From an uncultured Gammaproteobacteria bacterium (GTDB lineage Bacteria > Patescibacteriota > Patescibacteriia > Patescibacteriales > UBA12465): a stretch of DNA of 59,561 nt. Position numbers and translations under genes: made by a program. Below are positions 27,395 to 35,749 of the stretch, piece by piece (the first letter of the stretch is position 1; every line of letters begins with the position of its first letter). The notes beneath the pieces were generated by a model. The model was not told the origin of the DNA. It worked only from the letters and a program-made list of their open reading frames with translations, and did not search any database. The stretch is from positions 1 to 59,561 of the forward strand of contig CAYYPI010000004.1 in the NCBI GenBank assembly GCA_964473565.1. The letters run 5' to 3'.

Positions 27395-27649
27395 ATGTAC
27401 GAAGAAATAAGTAAAGTTTCAGAAAAAACATTAAATATTAAAAGGGCTATTGATTCTTTAAGGGAAGAGGTTGAAGCTATTGATTTTTATAATCAAAGAA
27501 TGGATGCAACTAATGATGAAGAATTAAAAAAGATTTTACACCACAATGCTAAAGAGGAAAAAGAGCACGCTGCTATGCTTATTGAATGGCTTAGAAAAAA
27601 TGATAGTGAATTTGAGGATGAATTAAAGGACTATTTATTTAAATCATAG
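27395..27649 (+). CDS. Encapsulated-ferritin (EncFtn)-like small ferritin-like protein
   Basis: REEVEAIDFYNQRMDATNDEELKKILHHNAKEEKEHAAMLIEWLRKND closely resembles the EncFtn core (E..E...Y, EEKEH) as I recall it. The ORF track opens at TTG 27347; ATG 27395 is more plausible. Confidence 0.7.
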   Translation: MYEEISKVSEKTLNIKRAIDSLREEVEAIDFYNQRMDATNDEELKKILHHNAKEEKEHAAMLIEWLRKNDSEFEDELKDYLFKS

Positions 27650-27675
27650 AGTTTGGTGATAAAGATGAAATATTT

Positions 27676-27710
27676 AAAATCCCACTTTTTTTGAGTGGGA
27701 TTTTTGTTTT
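27676..27710. terminator. Bidirectional terminator between convergent genes
   Basis: aaaatcccac ... gtgggatttt 10-bp stem flanked by an A-run and a T-run. Confidence 0.7.
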
Positions 27711-28051
27711 TAGAGTTTAGTAGTGAAAACCAGGGTCATACACTTTCTGCCTTCCATAATGCCTTGAGAATAGGGAAGTAGTTTTATTTCCCCATAATCT
27801 CCCAGCATGTTAATGCAAGTCTTTAAAGTGTTAAATTGTAGCCTGTCAAATTTGTTCAATGAACTAGGACTAAAAGGATTTGGGTCATAAGCAGGGTTTA
27901 TTTCTATGCTTACCTCAGCATCCTTAGTCCCAGACTCTGATTTTTCAATTAATTCCAGCACACCTTGCAGAGCTGATCTTTGGTAGTTACTTGAGTCGAT
28001 GATAGACTCATAAATTTTGTTTAAAGACTTTTCCATTACATCTTTTGTCAT
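27710..28051 (-). CDS. Hypothetical protein (113 aa)
   Basis: Strong SD: AGGAGG lies 6 nt upstream of the ATG on the minus strand. I recognise no motif. Confidence 0.6.
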   Translation of the reverse strand: MTKDVMEKSLNKIYESIIDSSNYQRSALQGVLELIEKSESGTKDAEVSIEINPAYDPNPFSPSSLNKFDRLQFNTLKTCINMLGDYGEIKLLPYSQGIMEGRKCMTLVFTTKL

Positions 28052-28194
28052 TTTTCCTCCTTTGATTAGTTTTCGTTATTTTATATTTAATTTTAATGTT
28101 CTTGATAAGTTAACATTTATTATTGTACATGTCAAAATATTTAATTTATCGATGAATCTATAAAAGGTTATTAATAATAAGAGTGTTATAGGAC

Positions 28195-28222
28195 TTGACA
28201 GTTATTTCAGAAATGATACAAT
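28195..28222 (+). promoter_or_regulatory. Promoter of abiEi-2 (TTGACA-16-TACAAT) embedded in an inverted repeat
   Basis: TTGACA at 28195-28200 and TACAAT at 28217-28222. TTGACAGTTATT (28195-28206) is mirrored by AATAATGTCAA (28220-28230). The ATG is at 28235. Confidence 0.6.
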
Positions 28223-28234
28223 AATGTCAAAGAT

Positions 28235-28864
28235 ATGAAACATAGTTATAAAAACAATCTTCTTAGAGATTTGAGCTCATTAACCTTTTTTACAAAAAAC
28301 GGTGTTTTACAATTGGGAAAAAATGAAAACACTTATAATCTAACTGATAATACACTTAATACTTATATCAGTAGATTTCTAGATGAAGGAGAAATAATTT
28401 CATTAAAAAAAGGTTTTTATGTAACTAAGGATTTTTATGATAAATATAAAACAGAACCAAGTTATTTATTTTATTTAGCTAATATTTTACGTGGTCCTTC
28501 TTATATTAGTTCTTGGACAGCTTTGCAGTATTACAATCTCTGTACAGAAATAATTCACTCAATTAATTCAGTTTCTTTAAAAATTACTAGAAATTATGAA
28601 ACTAAAATTGCTAATTTTTCTTATCACAATATAAAAGAAGATTTATTTTCAGGCTATGTACTTGAAAAATCTAAGTTTAATTTTTTTATTGCCACACCAT
28701 CTAAAGCTCTTTTTGATATGCTATATTTTAAAACTAAGCAGTTTAGAAATATTAAATTAGAGGATATTGATTATATTCTAGAAGACTTAAGAGTTGATAT
28801 TAATGAAATGAATGCTAAGGAAAGAAAAAATTTTTATTCTTTAGTTAAAAATTATTTAAAATAA
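28235..28864 (+). CDS. abiEi: AbiEi-like antitoxin (second copy, divergent)
   Basis: 209 aa. The segment ..YISRFLDEGEIISLKKGFYVTKD.. is characteristic. The stop is 1 nt before the start of an AbiEii-type gene. Confidence 0.7.
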   Translation: MKHSYKNNLLRDLSSLTFFTKNGVLQLGKNENTYNLTDNTLNTYISRFLDEGEIISLKKGFYVTKDFYDKYKTEPSYLFYLANILRGPSYISSWTALQYYNLCTEIIHSINSVSLKITRNYETKIANFSYHNIKEDLFSGYVLEKSKFNFFIATPSKALFDMLYFKTKQFRNIKLEDIDYILEDLRVDINEMNAKERKNFYSLVKNYLK

Positions 28865-28865
28865 T

Positions 28866-30155
28866 ATGAATAATCAAATATTTTCAACAATAAAAGATAA
28901 ATTAGATAGCATTCAATTATCTGACAGTTTAATTAGTAATGATATTAAAAGAAATATAGCAAAAGAGATTTTACAATTTTATGTATTAAATTTTATTTAT
29001 CATCATATTGAATATAAAAATTGGATAATGTATGGTGGTTCAGCTCTTAGAATTTGTCATGGCTTGGATCGCATGTCAGTTGATTTAGATTTTGAAATTA
29101 GCCATGAGGTAAATAATATTTTTTTAAATAAAATTAAAAAAGAATTAAAAGAGTATTTTTATAAGAATTATAATATTGGTGATGACTTTTTAACTTTCAG
29201 CACTACTAATAATAGGGGCTTAACATTAAAGTTTTCTATTGCTCATATTTTAGATATTAATTCACCCTCTAAACAAATACATGTTAAGGTAGATTTAAAT
29301 AATTTTTTAGCACCAAGCAGTGTTAGAACCGAGTATTTTATACAAAATAATTACCAGTTATCTTTTGCTATTAAAACATATAATATATCAGCTTTAATGG
29401 CTAGCAAGATAGCAGCTATTTTTTTGCGAGGGAAAAGAGGTATTGGTAAAAGTATTTTTAATGAAAAGGGTAGAGATGTCTATGATCTTTTATGGTACAT
29501 GAAAAAACAAATTGTTCCTAAAATTGATTATTTAAAGGCTAAAAAAGTCAAGGAAGCAGAGGATATGGAGGTGTTGTTTAATGAATTAACATCAAAAATG
29601 AAAAAGGTTAGCGATGATAATCTTAAGGAAGATTTAAGTCCATTATTTATAAATCAGAAATATATAAAAAATTGGTTAAAAAATTGGAGATTAAGTTATG
29701 ATAATTATCTTTCAAACTATAAAATTAAAAAAATTAAAGATTTTTCAGCGGTTCATGTTAGCAAGGATAGAATTAATAACTTTTATTTTTTTGATTTTAT
29801 TTACGAAACAGAAAATAATCTAGAAATTGATATATGTTATAGATTAAGTGAGGCTTGGATTAAACTTCAAGAAGGTGACATAAATATAAAGATAAGTAAT
29901 GAATTATTGAAATCTATACACTATGACGAAAAAAAAATAAAAGTACAAGATAAGAATAATAAATTAGAGCACTATGCTGAGTTATTTTTTAGAAAAAATA
30001 AAGATTATCTTAAAAAAAATAATAATATAATTATAAGAGATAGATTTGATACTAAGATTATTAGTCCTCCCAAATCTGGTACCAACCAAGAAGAAAATAT
30101 ATCACTTAATAAATTAAACTTATTAAAAATAGAATTAGATGATTTATTTAAATAA
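28866..30155 (+). CDS. abiEii: AbiEii/DUF1814 nucleotidyltransferase toxin with a long C-terminal extension
   Basis: MYGGSALRICHGLDRMSVDLDFEI and ASKIAAIFLR..GRDVYDLLWY. It is 429 aa, against 248 aa for the first copy. Confidence 0.8.
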   Translation: MNNQIFSTIKDKLDSIQLSDSLISNDIKRNIAKEILQFYVLNFIYHHIEYKNWIMYGGSALRICHGLDRMSVDLDFEISHEVNNIFLNKIKKELKEYFYKNYNIGDDFLTFSTTNNRGLTLKFSIAHILDINSPSKQIHVKVDLNNFLAPSSVRTEYFIQNNYQLSFAIKTYNISALMASKIAAIFLRGKRGIGKSIFNEKGRDVYDLLWYMKKQIVPKIDYLKAKKVKEAEDMEVLFNELTSKMKKVSDDNLKEDLSPLFINQKYIKNWLKNWRLSYDNYLSNYKIKKIKDFSAVHVSKDRINNFYFFDFIYETENNLEIDICYRLSEAWIKLQEGDINIKISNELLKSIHYDEKKIKVQDKNNKLEHYAELFFRKNKDYLKKNNNIIIRDRFDTKIISPPKSGTNQEENISLNKLNLLKIELDDLFK

Positions 30156-30208
30156 AAGATAGTATTTAAATATAATTAAAATTAAGCTATATATAGAACT
30201 TTTGATGA

Positions 30209-30238
30209 ACCCGCTTTTATTGTAGCGGGTTTTTTTAT
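30209..30238 (+). terminator. Rho-independent terminator
   Basis: acccgct-tttattgt-agcgggt followed by TTTTTTTATT. Confidence 0.75.
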
Positions 30239-30304
30239 TGTTTCTTCACTTGTCTTTTAATTTCTTTTAACTTTAGTTCTGTTAAGTTATTTTTGTATAT
30301 TTAG

Positions 30305-30345
30305 CGCCCCTGGCTCTTGAGACATATATCAAGGGCTCAGGGGCG
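30305..30345 (+). promoter_or_regulatory. GC-rich 16-bp hairpin in the leader of the 30359 gene
   Basis: cgcccctggctcttga - gacatata - tcaagggc(t)caggggcg, with one bulge and one G-U pair. It ends 13 nt before the ATG and is not followed by a T-run on either strand. Confidence 0.5.
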
Positions 30346-30358
30346 AAAAACCAATATT

Positions 30359-31201
30359 ATGTTAAAACAAATATTAAAACAAAAGAAGAAAATTATTTAT
30401 CTGTTAGTACTTATTATTTTTTCTTTACTTATAATTTTCAACCTAAACAGACTTCTGCCTTTATCTTTTAAGTCATATAGTTCAGCTATAGATTTAGCTA
30501 AATCATACAGGGAAAATAAATATTGTCATGAACTTTGTTGGCAAGATAGATATCAAGACATGGAAACTATTGTTTTAGCCGCTGAGCAAGATAAATATCA
30601 AGGATTGGATAAGTTAATGGAATATCTTAGTGCTAATAAAGTAAGTGATAATTTTAAAACCTTTATTGTCTCGTACTTGTTTAGTCAAGGTGAAATGATA
30701 GATAAAGAATACTTTCAAGATTATATTAATAAGAACTTAGATAATAATAATCTTAATCATATGTTGAAAACTAAAATAATTAAACATGCTGGCTTTGATG
30801 ATAATCAATATGATCTAAAATTAGAAAATATTATTAAAGATAATAGTTTAGCGCTTATACAGAGAAAAAGTGCTCTTAGGGCTCTTTGGTCAAGTTTTAA
30901 ATCTGAAAATGTAGAATTATATAAAGACATACTAAAGGATTCTAAACTTAGACCTGAGCTTAAAATAGAAGCTATTAAAGCAATGAGTAATATAGAAAAT
31001 AAAGAGAAGCATTTTCTGTCTTCTGATTTAGATATATATGAAGATTTACTTAAAGTAAAGAATGTAAGTTTAGAAAAGTCAGTATTATTTATTTTAGCTG
31101 ATTACAAAGAAAAATATAGTCTTAAAGTTAATGAAATAATTGAAAATCATAATTTTGCAAATTCTAATTACTTATTGGCTAATAATATATTAAATTCTTA
31201 A
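30359..31201 (+). CDS. Membrane-anchored hypothetical protein, co-oriented with the 1471-aa gene
   Basis: It has an N-terminal TM helix (IIYLLVLIIFSLLIIF) and is helical-repeat-like. The ORF track opens at TTG 30317, inside the hairpin; ATG 30359 is preferred. The next gene starts 26 nt downstream. Confidence 0.65.
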   Translation: MLKQILKQKKKIIYLLVLIIFSLLIIFNLNRLLPLSFKSYSSAIDLAKSYRENKYCHELCWQDRYQDMETIVLAAEQDKYQGLDKLMEYLSANKVSDNFKTFIVSYLFSQGEMIDKEYFQDYINKNLDNNNLNHMLKTKIIKHAGFDDNQYDLKLENIIKDNSLALIQRKSALRALWSSFKSENVELYKDILKDSKLRPELKIEAIKAMSNIENKEKHFLSSDLDIYEDLLKVKNVSLEKSVLFILADYKEKYSLKVNEIIENHNFANSNYLLANNILNS

Positions 31202-31227
31202 TATTATTTATATATTAATTTAAAACA

Positions 31228-34200
31228 ATGAAAAAACTAATTATCATTATTTTAATATCATTATTCTCTTTATTAGTTTTTAACATAGAAAAAGTTTCAG
31301 CTATGCCAGTAGGAACATTGCTTTATAGAACCTCTAGTAATGGTCAATTATATGGATTAAATCAAAAAGAGTTGATAAGTAGCAAAAAGGGTCTTATAAG
31401 CGATATTTATTCTGGCCACAGCGCAATTTATGTAGGTAAGATTGATGGCAAAGATTATATTGTAGAGGCGCTCGCAGGTGGTTTACAAAAAACAGAAGCT
31501 AAATATTTTATTGATGAAAGTCAAGGAGAAAAGTTTTTAGGAGCTAGAATTCCAAAAGAAGCTAATGATTTGCAAAGGCAAATGGCTGCAGAGATAGCCC
31601 TGGCTTTAAGCGAATATTATTTTAGCTATGATTTTGATTTTCATAAACAAAAAGGTCCTGGAGATGGCGAATGGACTTGCGTAGGTTTAACTGAAAAAGT
31701 ATATGAAAGTGCTAATATTAATAATCCCTATGATTTTTCTCAACTTAATTATGACAGTAATTATGCTGTAAATATAACTCCTGATGGCTATGATGATTAT
31801 AGTACATACAATAGTAGGGGGGATGTCTTTTCTAGATCAAGAGAGTTTTCTATGATAAAAGCATATACTAGCACTATTATTCCAAGTCCAGAGATTTTAG
31901 GTTTTAACATGGGTAGGCAGTATAAAGGTGATAGATATTTTTTCTTTCCATATACTCAATTTTTGCAAGACTCATTAGAGGAGGTAGACTTAGATATTGA
32001 TATTGGTTCTAATAGCACTAGTGGTATTAGGCCAAATTATAAATCACTACCCCATATTTTAAAATATACATTTATTAATCAACCTCTTTCCATGATTAAA
32101 AAGCTTGGTGATTATTTAAAAGAAGAAAAAGCAGTGGCATATTCAGCTGATAATACTAATAATTATCAAATAGAAAATACTAATAGCGATATTAATGAGA
32201 AAGAAGGTAAAGAGCAAAGATTATCTGCTCTAACAAAAGAAGAGATTAGCTCAAATAATAATTTAGATGAAAAAAAGGTTTCTGATTATTCTAATCTTAT
32301 AGAAAACCTTAATGAAATAGAAGGTGGTGCTGACACTAAGGCAAGTAACGAAAAAGCTTTAAAGAATAAAATAGAAGAAAATGTTGATTATTTTGTTAAA
32401 GAAATAATAAGTGCAGATACTTTTCTTTTGGAAAATGATTTACAAATTACTCTAGCTTCAGTTTCAGTGCCACAGCTAGCTAACAAACTTTGGCAAGCTG
32501 ACGAGTGTCAAGCAAGAGAAGCTAATGATTTAGTAGAGAAACTCTTAAAAAACAATAAAATTAGATTAAGGTATGGTAATAAATTAAACTTTGATAGCTC
32601 TAGCCGTTTGGTAGCCTATATTTATTATAGAGATAATGAGAAAGGTGAATACAAGCTTTTAAATAATGAACTACTAAAACATGGATTAGCTAATCTTATA
32701 AGCTGCAAGCAATCTTTATATTGTGACAGTCGTATTCATCAAAAACTTAAAAGTTCTTATCAACAAGCAAAAGATAATAAGCTAGGAATATTTTCTAATA
32801 TTTGTAAAAAGCAAAATGATAATAAGAAAAATAAATTAAGTGATTTAGGTAAAAACCTTTTTAAAGGTATAAACTTAAAGGCTAATCAGCTTATCAATAA
32901 CTTAGGTCAAGTTATCAATAAACCTAAAAAAAATGCTAAAAGTATGGATGATTCAAATGATAATTTAGCTAATGATGACTATAATGACACTAAGGTAAAT
33001 AATGATGTTTTTAATGATGATAGTGATAGTGAAGATGGTTTAGAATCTAATGATGATAACAATAATATTAGCGGTGATAACAATGATAATTATAACAACT
33101 GTATAGATAATTTGTTAATTAGCGCTATATATACTACTAAGCAAGATGATTGGATTGAGTTATATAATAATTGCGATGAAGATATTGATTTAGCTAAGTC
33201 AAATATTAGGTTAGAGAAGGCTGTAAGTTCAGATAATCCTAGTATTATAATTAGATTTAATCAAGTAGATGATTTTACTAGCTCTAATACAATTATTAAA
33301 GCTCGAGATACTTATATAATTAGTAGAGCTGAGGCCAACTTAAATTTTAATGTAGATGCAATTTCACTGAGAAATAACTTTAGTTTAGGCGATTCTGGTT
33401 ATAGTGTATATTTAGCTAAAGGTCCGGTGTCCGATATTTATGATGAAGACATTATTGATTTACTTGGCTATGGTAGTTCTAATTATTATAGAGGTACCAA
33501 AGCAGCTCTTGCTATTGATGATTATTATGTTTTAAGAAGAAAAGAGAATATTAATTCCAATGTTTTTAATCTATACCCTCAACATAGATATGGTTTAAGT
33601 GGTGTTTACAATAGTGGTCATAATTATCAAGATTATATACTCTTAGATACAGGTTTAAATCCTGAAGAAAATAATGATAATTTAGATGATGACAGCAGTA
33701 GTGATAATCTTGAAGATAATAATGATGATGTAGATGATGATACTAGTAATAATAGTGATGGGGATGATACAGATAATAGTGAGGACGACACAGAGAATGA
33801 GACAGAAGAAGATCCTCAAGATAGCTATAATAGCTGTGTAGATGAACTTTTAATTACAGCTATATACACTACAGGACAAGATGATTTTATTGAAATATAT
33901 AATAACTGTGATCAAAGTATTGATTTGTCAGAGGAAAATATAAGGTTAGAGAAAGCTATAAGCATGGATGATCCAAGTATTATTATTAGATTTAATGAAC
34001 TTAGTGATTATCTGGCTGCTAGTACTATTATAGAGCCTTATAGCACTTATCTTATTTCTCGTGAAGAAGCGAGTTTAGATATTAATTTTGATGCTATTTC
34101 AACAAGAGCTGACTTTTCTTTTACTGGCAGTGCTTATACTGTTTACTTAGCTAAAGGACCTGTCTCAAGCCATCAAGATGAAGATATTATTGATATTTTA

Positions 34201-35643
34201 GCTTATGGATCAGCTAATTATTATTTAGGCTCTGGTCCAGCACCAGCCATTGATGATTATTATTTACTTAGAAGAAAAGCTGAGTCTAATAGTAGTGTCA
34301 GCAGCTTAGATATTTTTCATGATTATAGTTTAACCGGAGTATATAATAGTGATAATAATTTTTCTGACTTCATTTCTATTTATACTGATTTTTATGAAGA
34401 TATTAATAATGAAGATGAAAATGATATCGATGAACCTATTGATAATCAGGAGGAAGATGATGTTAATATTATTTCTCTTTGGCATTTAGATTCTTGTTTT
34501 GGAGATTATGTCTATGATGAGTTAAGTGAGAGTGGTAGTTATCATAATTGGCAATGGTCTGCAAAAGAATCTGGTTGCGTTTTAAAGACTAACAATAGAG
34601 AAGATATTTTAGCCTTACCGGTTAGCAATGATTTAGATGCTAATAATATGACTGTAGTATGGGATTATCAATTTGAGGATGAGTACAGTAGAATGAATTT
34701 AGAGTTAGTCACCAGAGAAGGGGATAATTTAATTTTAACTCTTAGTCCATATTATATAGAACTTACTAAATCTGGTCATTCTAAGGTAAGGTATAATGAC
34801 TATAGTTTGCCCCTAGATAATAATTGGCATAGATTGGCTTTAACTACTAATATTTTAGATTCTAGTTTGAATATATATTTAGATAATACTATTTTAACCA
34901 CTTTTACTCTAGGGCAAAGATTGTATGATTTAGATGATATTAAATTTATGTCTGATTATAATGGTTCAGATTTACAAATAGATGAAATTGCTTTATTTGA
35001 TAAACCTTTAGATGAGACAAGTTTAAACTCTTTAGGAACTAAGATAAATCCCTATTTAAGTCCTAGTTTTGTGGGAACCTTGGATTTAAAACATAGTTGG
35101 AATTTTATAGAAGGCCAAGGTGATATAGCGCATGACACTGTCAACTCATATAATTTAAATATTAATAATTCTTACTGGTCCACAGGTGTTAATGATTATG
35201 GTATTGAGTTAAATCAAAGTAGATTTGAGGTTTCAAGTGACCTATTAATAGATGAACAAAGAAAAAGTTTTAGTTTAAGTTTTTGGTATAGAAATAGCGC
35301 CTTTCCTGATGAGGGCAGAGGCAGAATAATGTTAAAGCAGGGAACTGATACTAAACTTGGACTTAAATTTACTCCCTATAACTCTTATCTTTATTATAAT
35401 CATAAAGAAATACCTTTATCTGCTCACGATACTTCAATACCACATGATCCTAGCTGGCATCATTTTGTAATAAGTTATAATGCCAGTAATTATATTTTAA
35501 AGTTATATATTGACGGTATAGAGGTTTACAGTCAATACAAGCCTTGGCTTGAGAGAGCTTTTGATTATATGGAAATAATGTATGAAAACTGGAATTTTCA
35601 GTTGGATGAGATTAAAATATATGAGGGTGTATTGATCCCTTAA
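31228..35643 (+). CDS. Giant secreted multidomain protein: permuted papain-like (YiiX/C92-type), SNase-like OB fold, 2x lamin-tail domain, 2x LamG/concanavalin-like
   Basis: Signal peptide: ..EKVSAMP. Papain-like: GHSAIYVGK..IVEA plus YDFDF..EWTCVGLTEKVYE. SNase-like: VKEIISADT..SRLVAYIYY..LLKHGLA. Lamin-tail: LLISAIYTT.QDDWIELYNNCD. LamG-like: WHRLALT.. and WHHFVISYN.. blocks. Confidence 0.88.
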   Translation: MKKLIIIILISLFSLLVFNIEKVSAMPVGTLLYRTSSNGQLYGLNQKELISSKKGLISDIYSGHSAIYVGKIDGKDYIVEALAGGLQKTEAKYFIDESQGEKFLGARIPKEANDLQRQMAAEIALALSEYYFSYDFDFHKQKGPGDGEWTCVGLTEKVYESANINNPYDFSQLNYDSNYAVNITPDGYDDYSTYNSRGDVFSRSREFSMIKAYTSTIIPSPEILGFNMGRQYKGDRYFFFPYTQFLQDSLEEVDLDIDIGSNSTSGIRPNYKSLPHILKYTFINQPLSMIKKLGDYLKEEKAVAYSADNTNNYQIENTNSDINEKEGKEQRLSALTKEEISSNNNLDEKKVSDYSNLIENLNEIEGGADTKASNEKALKNKIEENVDYFVKEIISADTFLLENDLQITLASVSVPQLANKLWQADECQAREANDLVEKLLKNNKIRLRYGNKLNFDSSSRLVAYIYYRDNEKGEYKLLNNELLKHGLANLISCKQSLYCDSRIHQKLKSSYQQAKDNKLGIFSNICKKQNDNKKNKLSDLGKNLFKGINLKANQLINNLGQVINKPKKNAKSMDDSNDNLANDDYNDTKVNNDVFNDDSDSEDGLESNDDNNNISGDNNDNYNNCIDNLLISAIYTTKQDDWIELYNNCDEDIDLAKSNIRLEKAVSSDNPSIIIRFNQVDDFTSSNTIIKARDTYIISRAEANLNFNVDAISLRNNFSLGDSGYSVYLAKGPVSDIYDEDIIDLLGYGSSNYYRGTKAALAIDDYYVLRRKENINSNVFNLYPQHRYGLSGVYNSGHNYQDYILLDTGLNPEENNDNLDDDSSSDNLEDNNDDVDDDTSNNSDGDDTDNSEDDTENETEEDPQDSYNSCVDELLITAIYTTGQDDFIEIYNNCDQSIDLSEENIRLEKAISMDDPSIIIRFNELSDYLAASTIIEPYSTYLISREEASLDINFDAISTRADFSFTGSAYTVYLAKGPVSSHQDEDIIDILAYGSANYYLGSGPAPAIDDYYLLRRKAESNSSVSSLDIFHDYSLTGVYNSDNNFSDFISIYTDFYEDINNEDENDIDEPIDNQEEDDVNIISLWHLDSCFGDYVYDELSESGSYHNWQWSAKESGCVLKTNNREDILALPVSNDLDANNMTVVWDYQFEDEYSRMNLELVTREGDNLILTLSPYYIELTKSGHSKVRYNDYSLPLDNNWHRLALTTNILDSSLNIYLDNTILTTFTLGQRLYDLDDIKFMSDYNGSDLQIDEIALFDKPLDETSLNSLGTKINPYLSPSFVGTLDLKHSWNFIEGQGDIAHDTVNSYNLNINNSYWSTGVNDYGIELNQSRFEVSSDLLIDEQRKSFSLSFWYRNSAFPDEGRGRIMLKQGTDTKLGLKFTPYNSYLYYNHKEIPLSAHDTSIPHDPSWHHFVISYNASNYILKLYIDGIEVYSQYKPWLERAFDYMEIMYENWNFQLDEIKIYEGVLIP
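33100..34395 (+). repeat. Tandem ~735-nt (245-aa) duplication encoding two lamin-tail-like domains, each preceded by a D/N/S-rich linker
   Basis: The unit starting at TGT 33100 (C625) recurs at TGT 33835 (C870). There are long colinear matches at protein level, for example IRLEKA.S.D.PSIIIRFN and Y.VYLAKGPVS..DEDIID.L.YGS.NYY. Confidence 0.8.
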
Positions 35644-35673
35644 CATATTTATGAGTTATCAACAGAATTACTA

Positions 35674-35702
35674 TTGACACTTAGTATTTAGTGATATATA
35701 AT
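35674..35702 (+). promoter_or_regulatory. Perfect-consensus sigma70 promoter (TTGACA-17-TATAAT) in the gap after the giant gene
   Basis: TTGACA at 35674-35679, a 17-nt spacer and TATAAT at 35697-35702. Confidence 0.55.
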
Positions 35703-35749
35703 ATTTTTTCAATTTTGAATTCTTTTTGGTAAATAATTAAATACTTATT

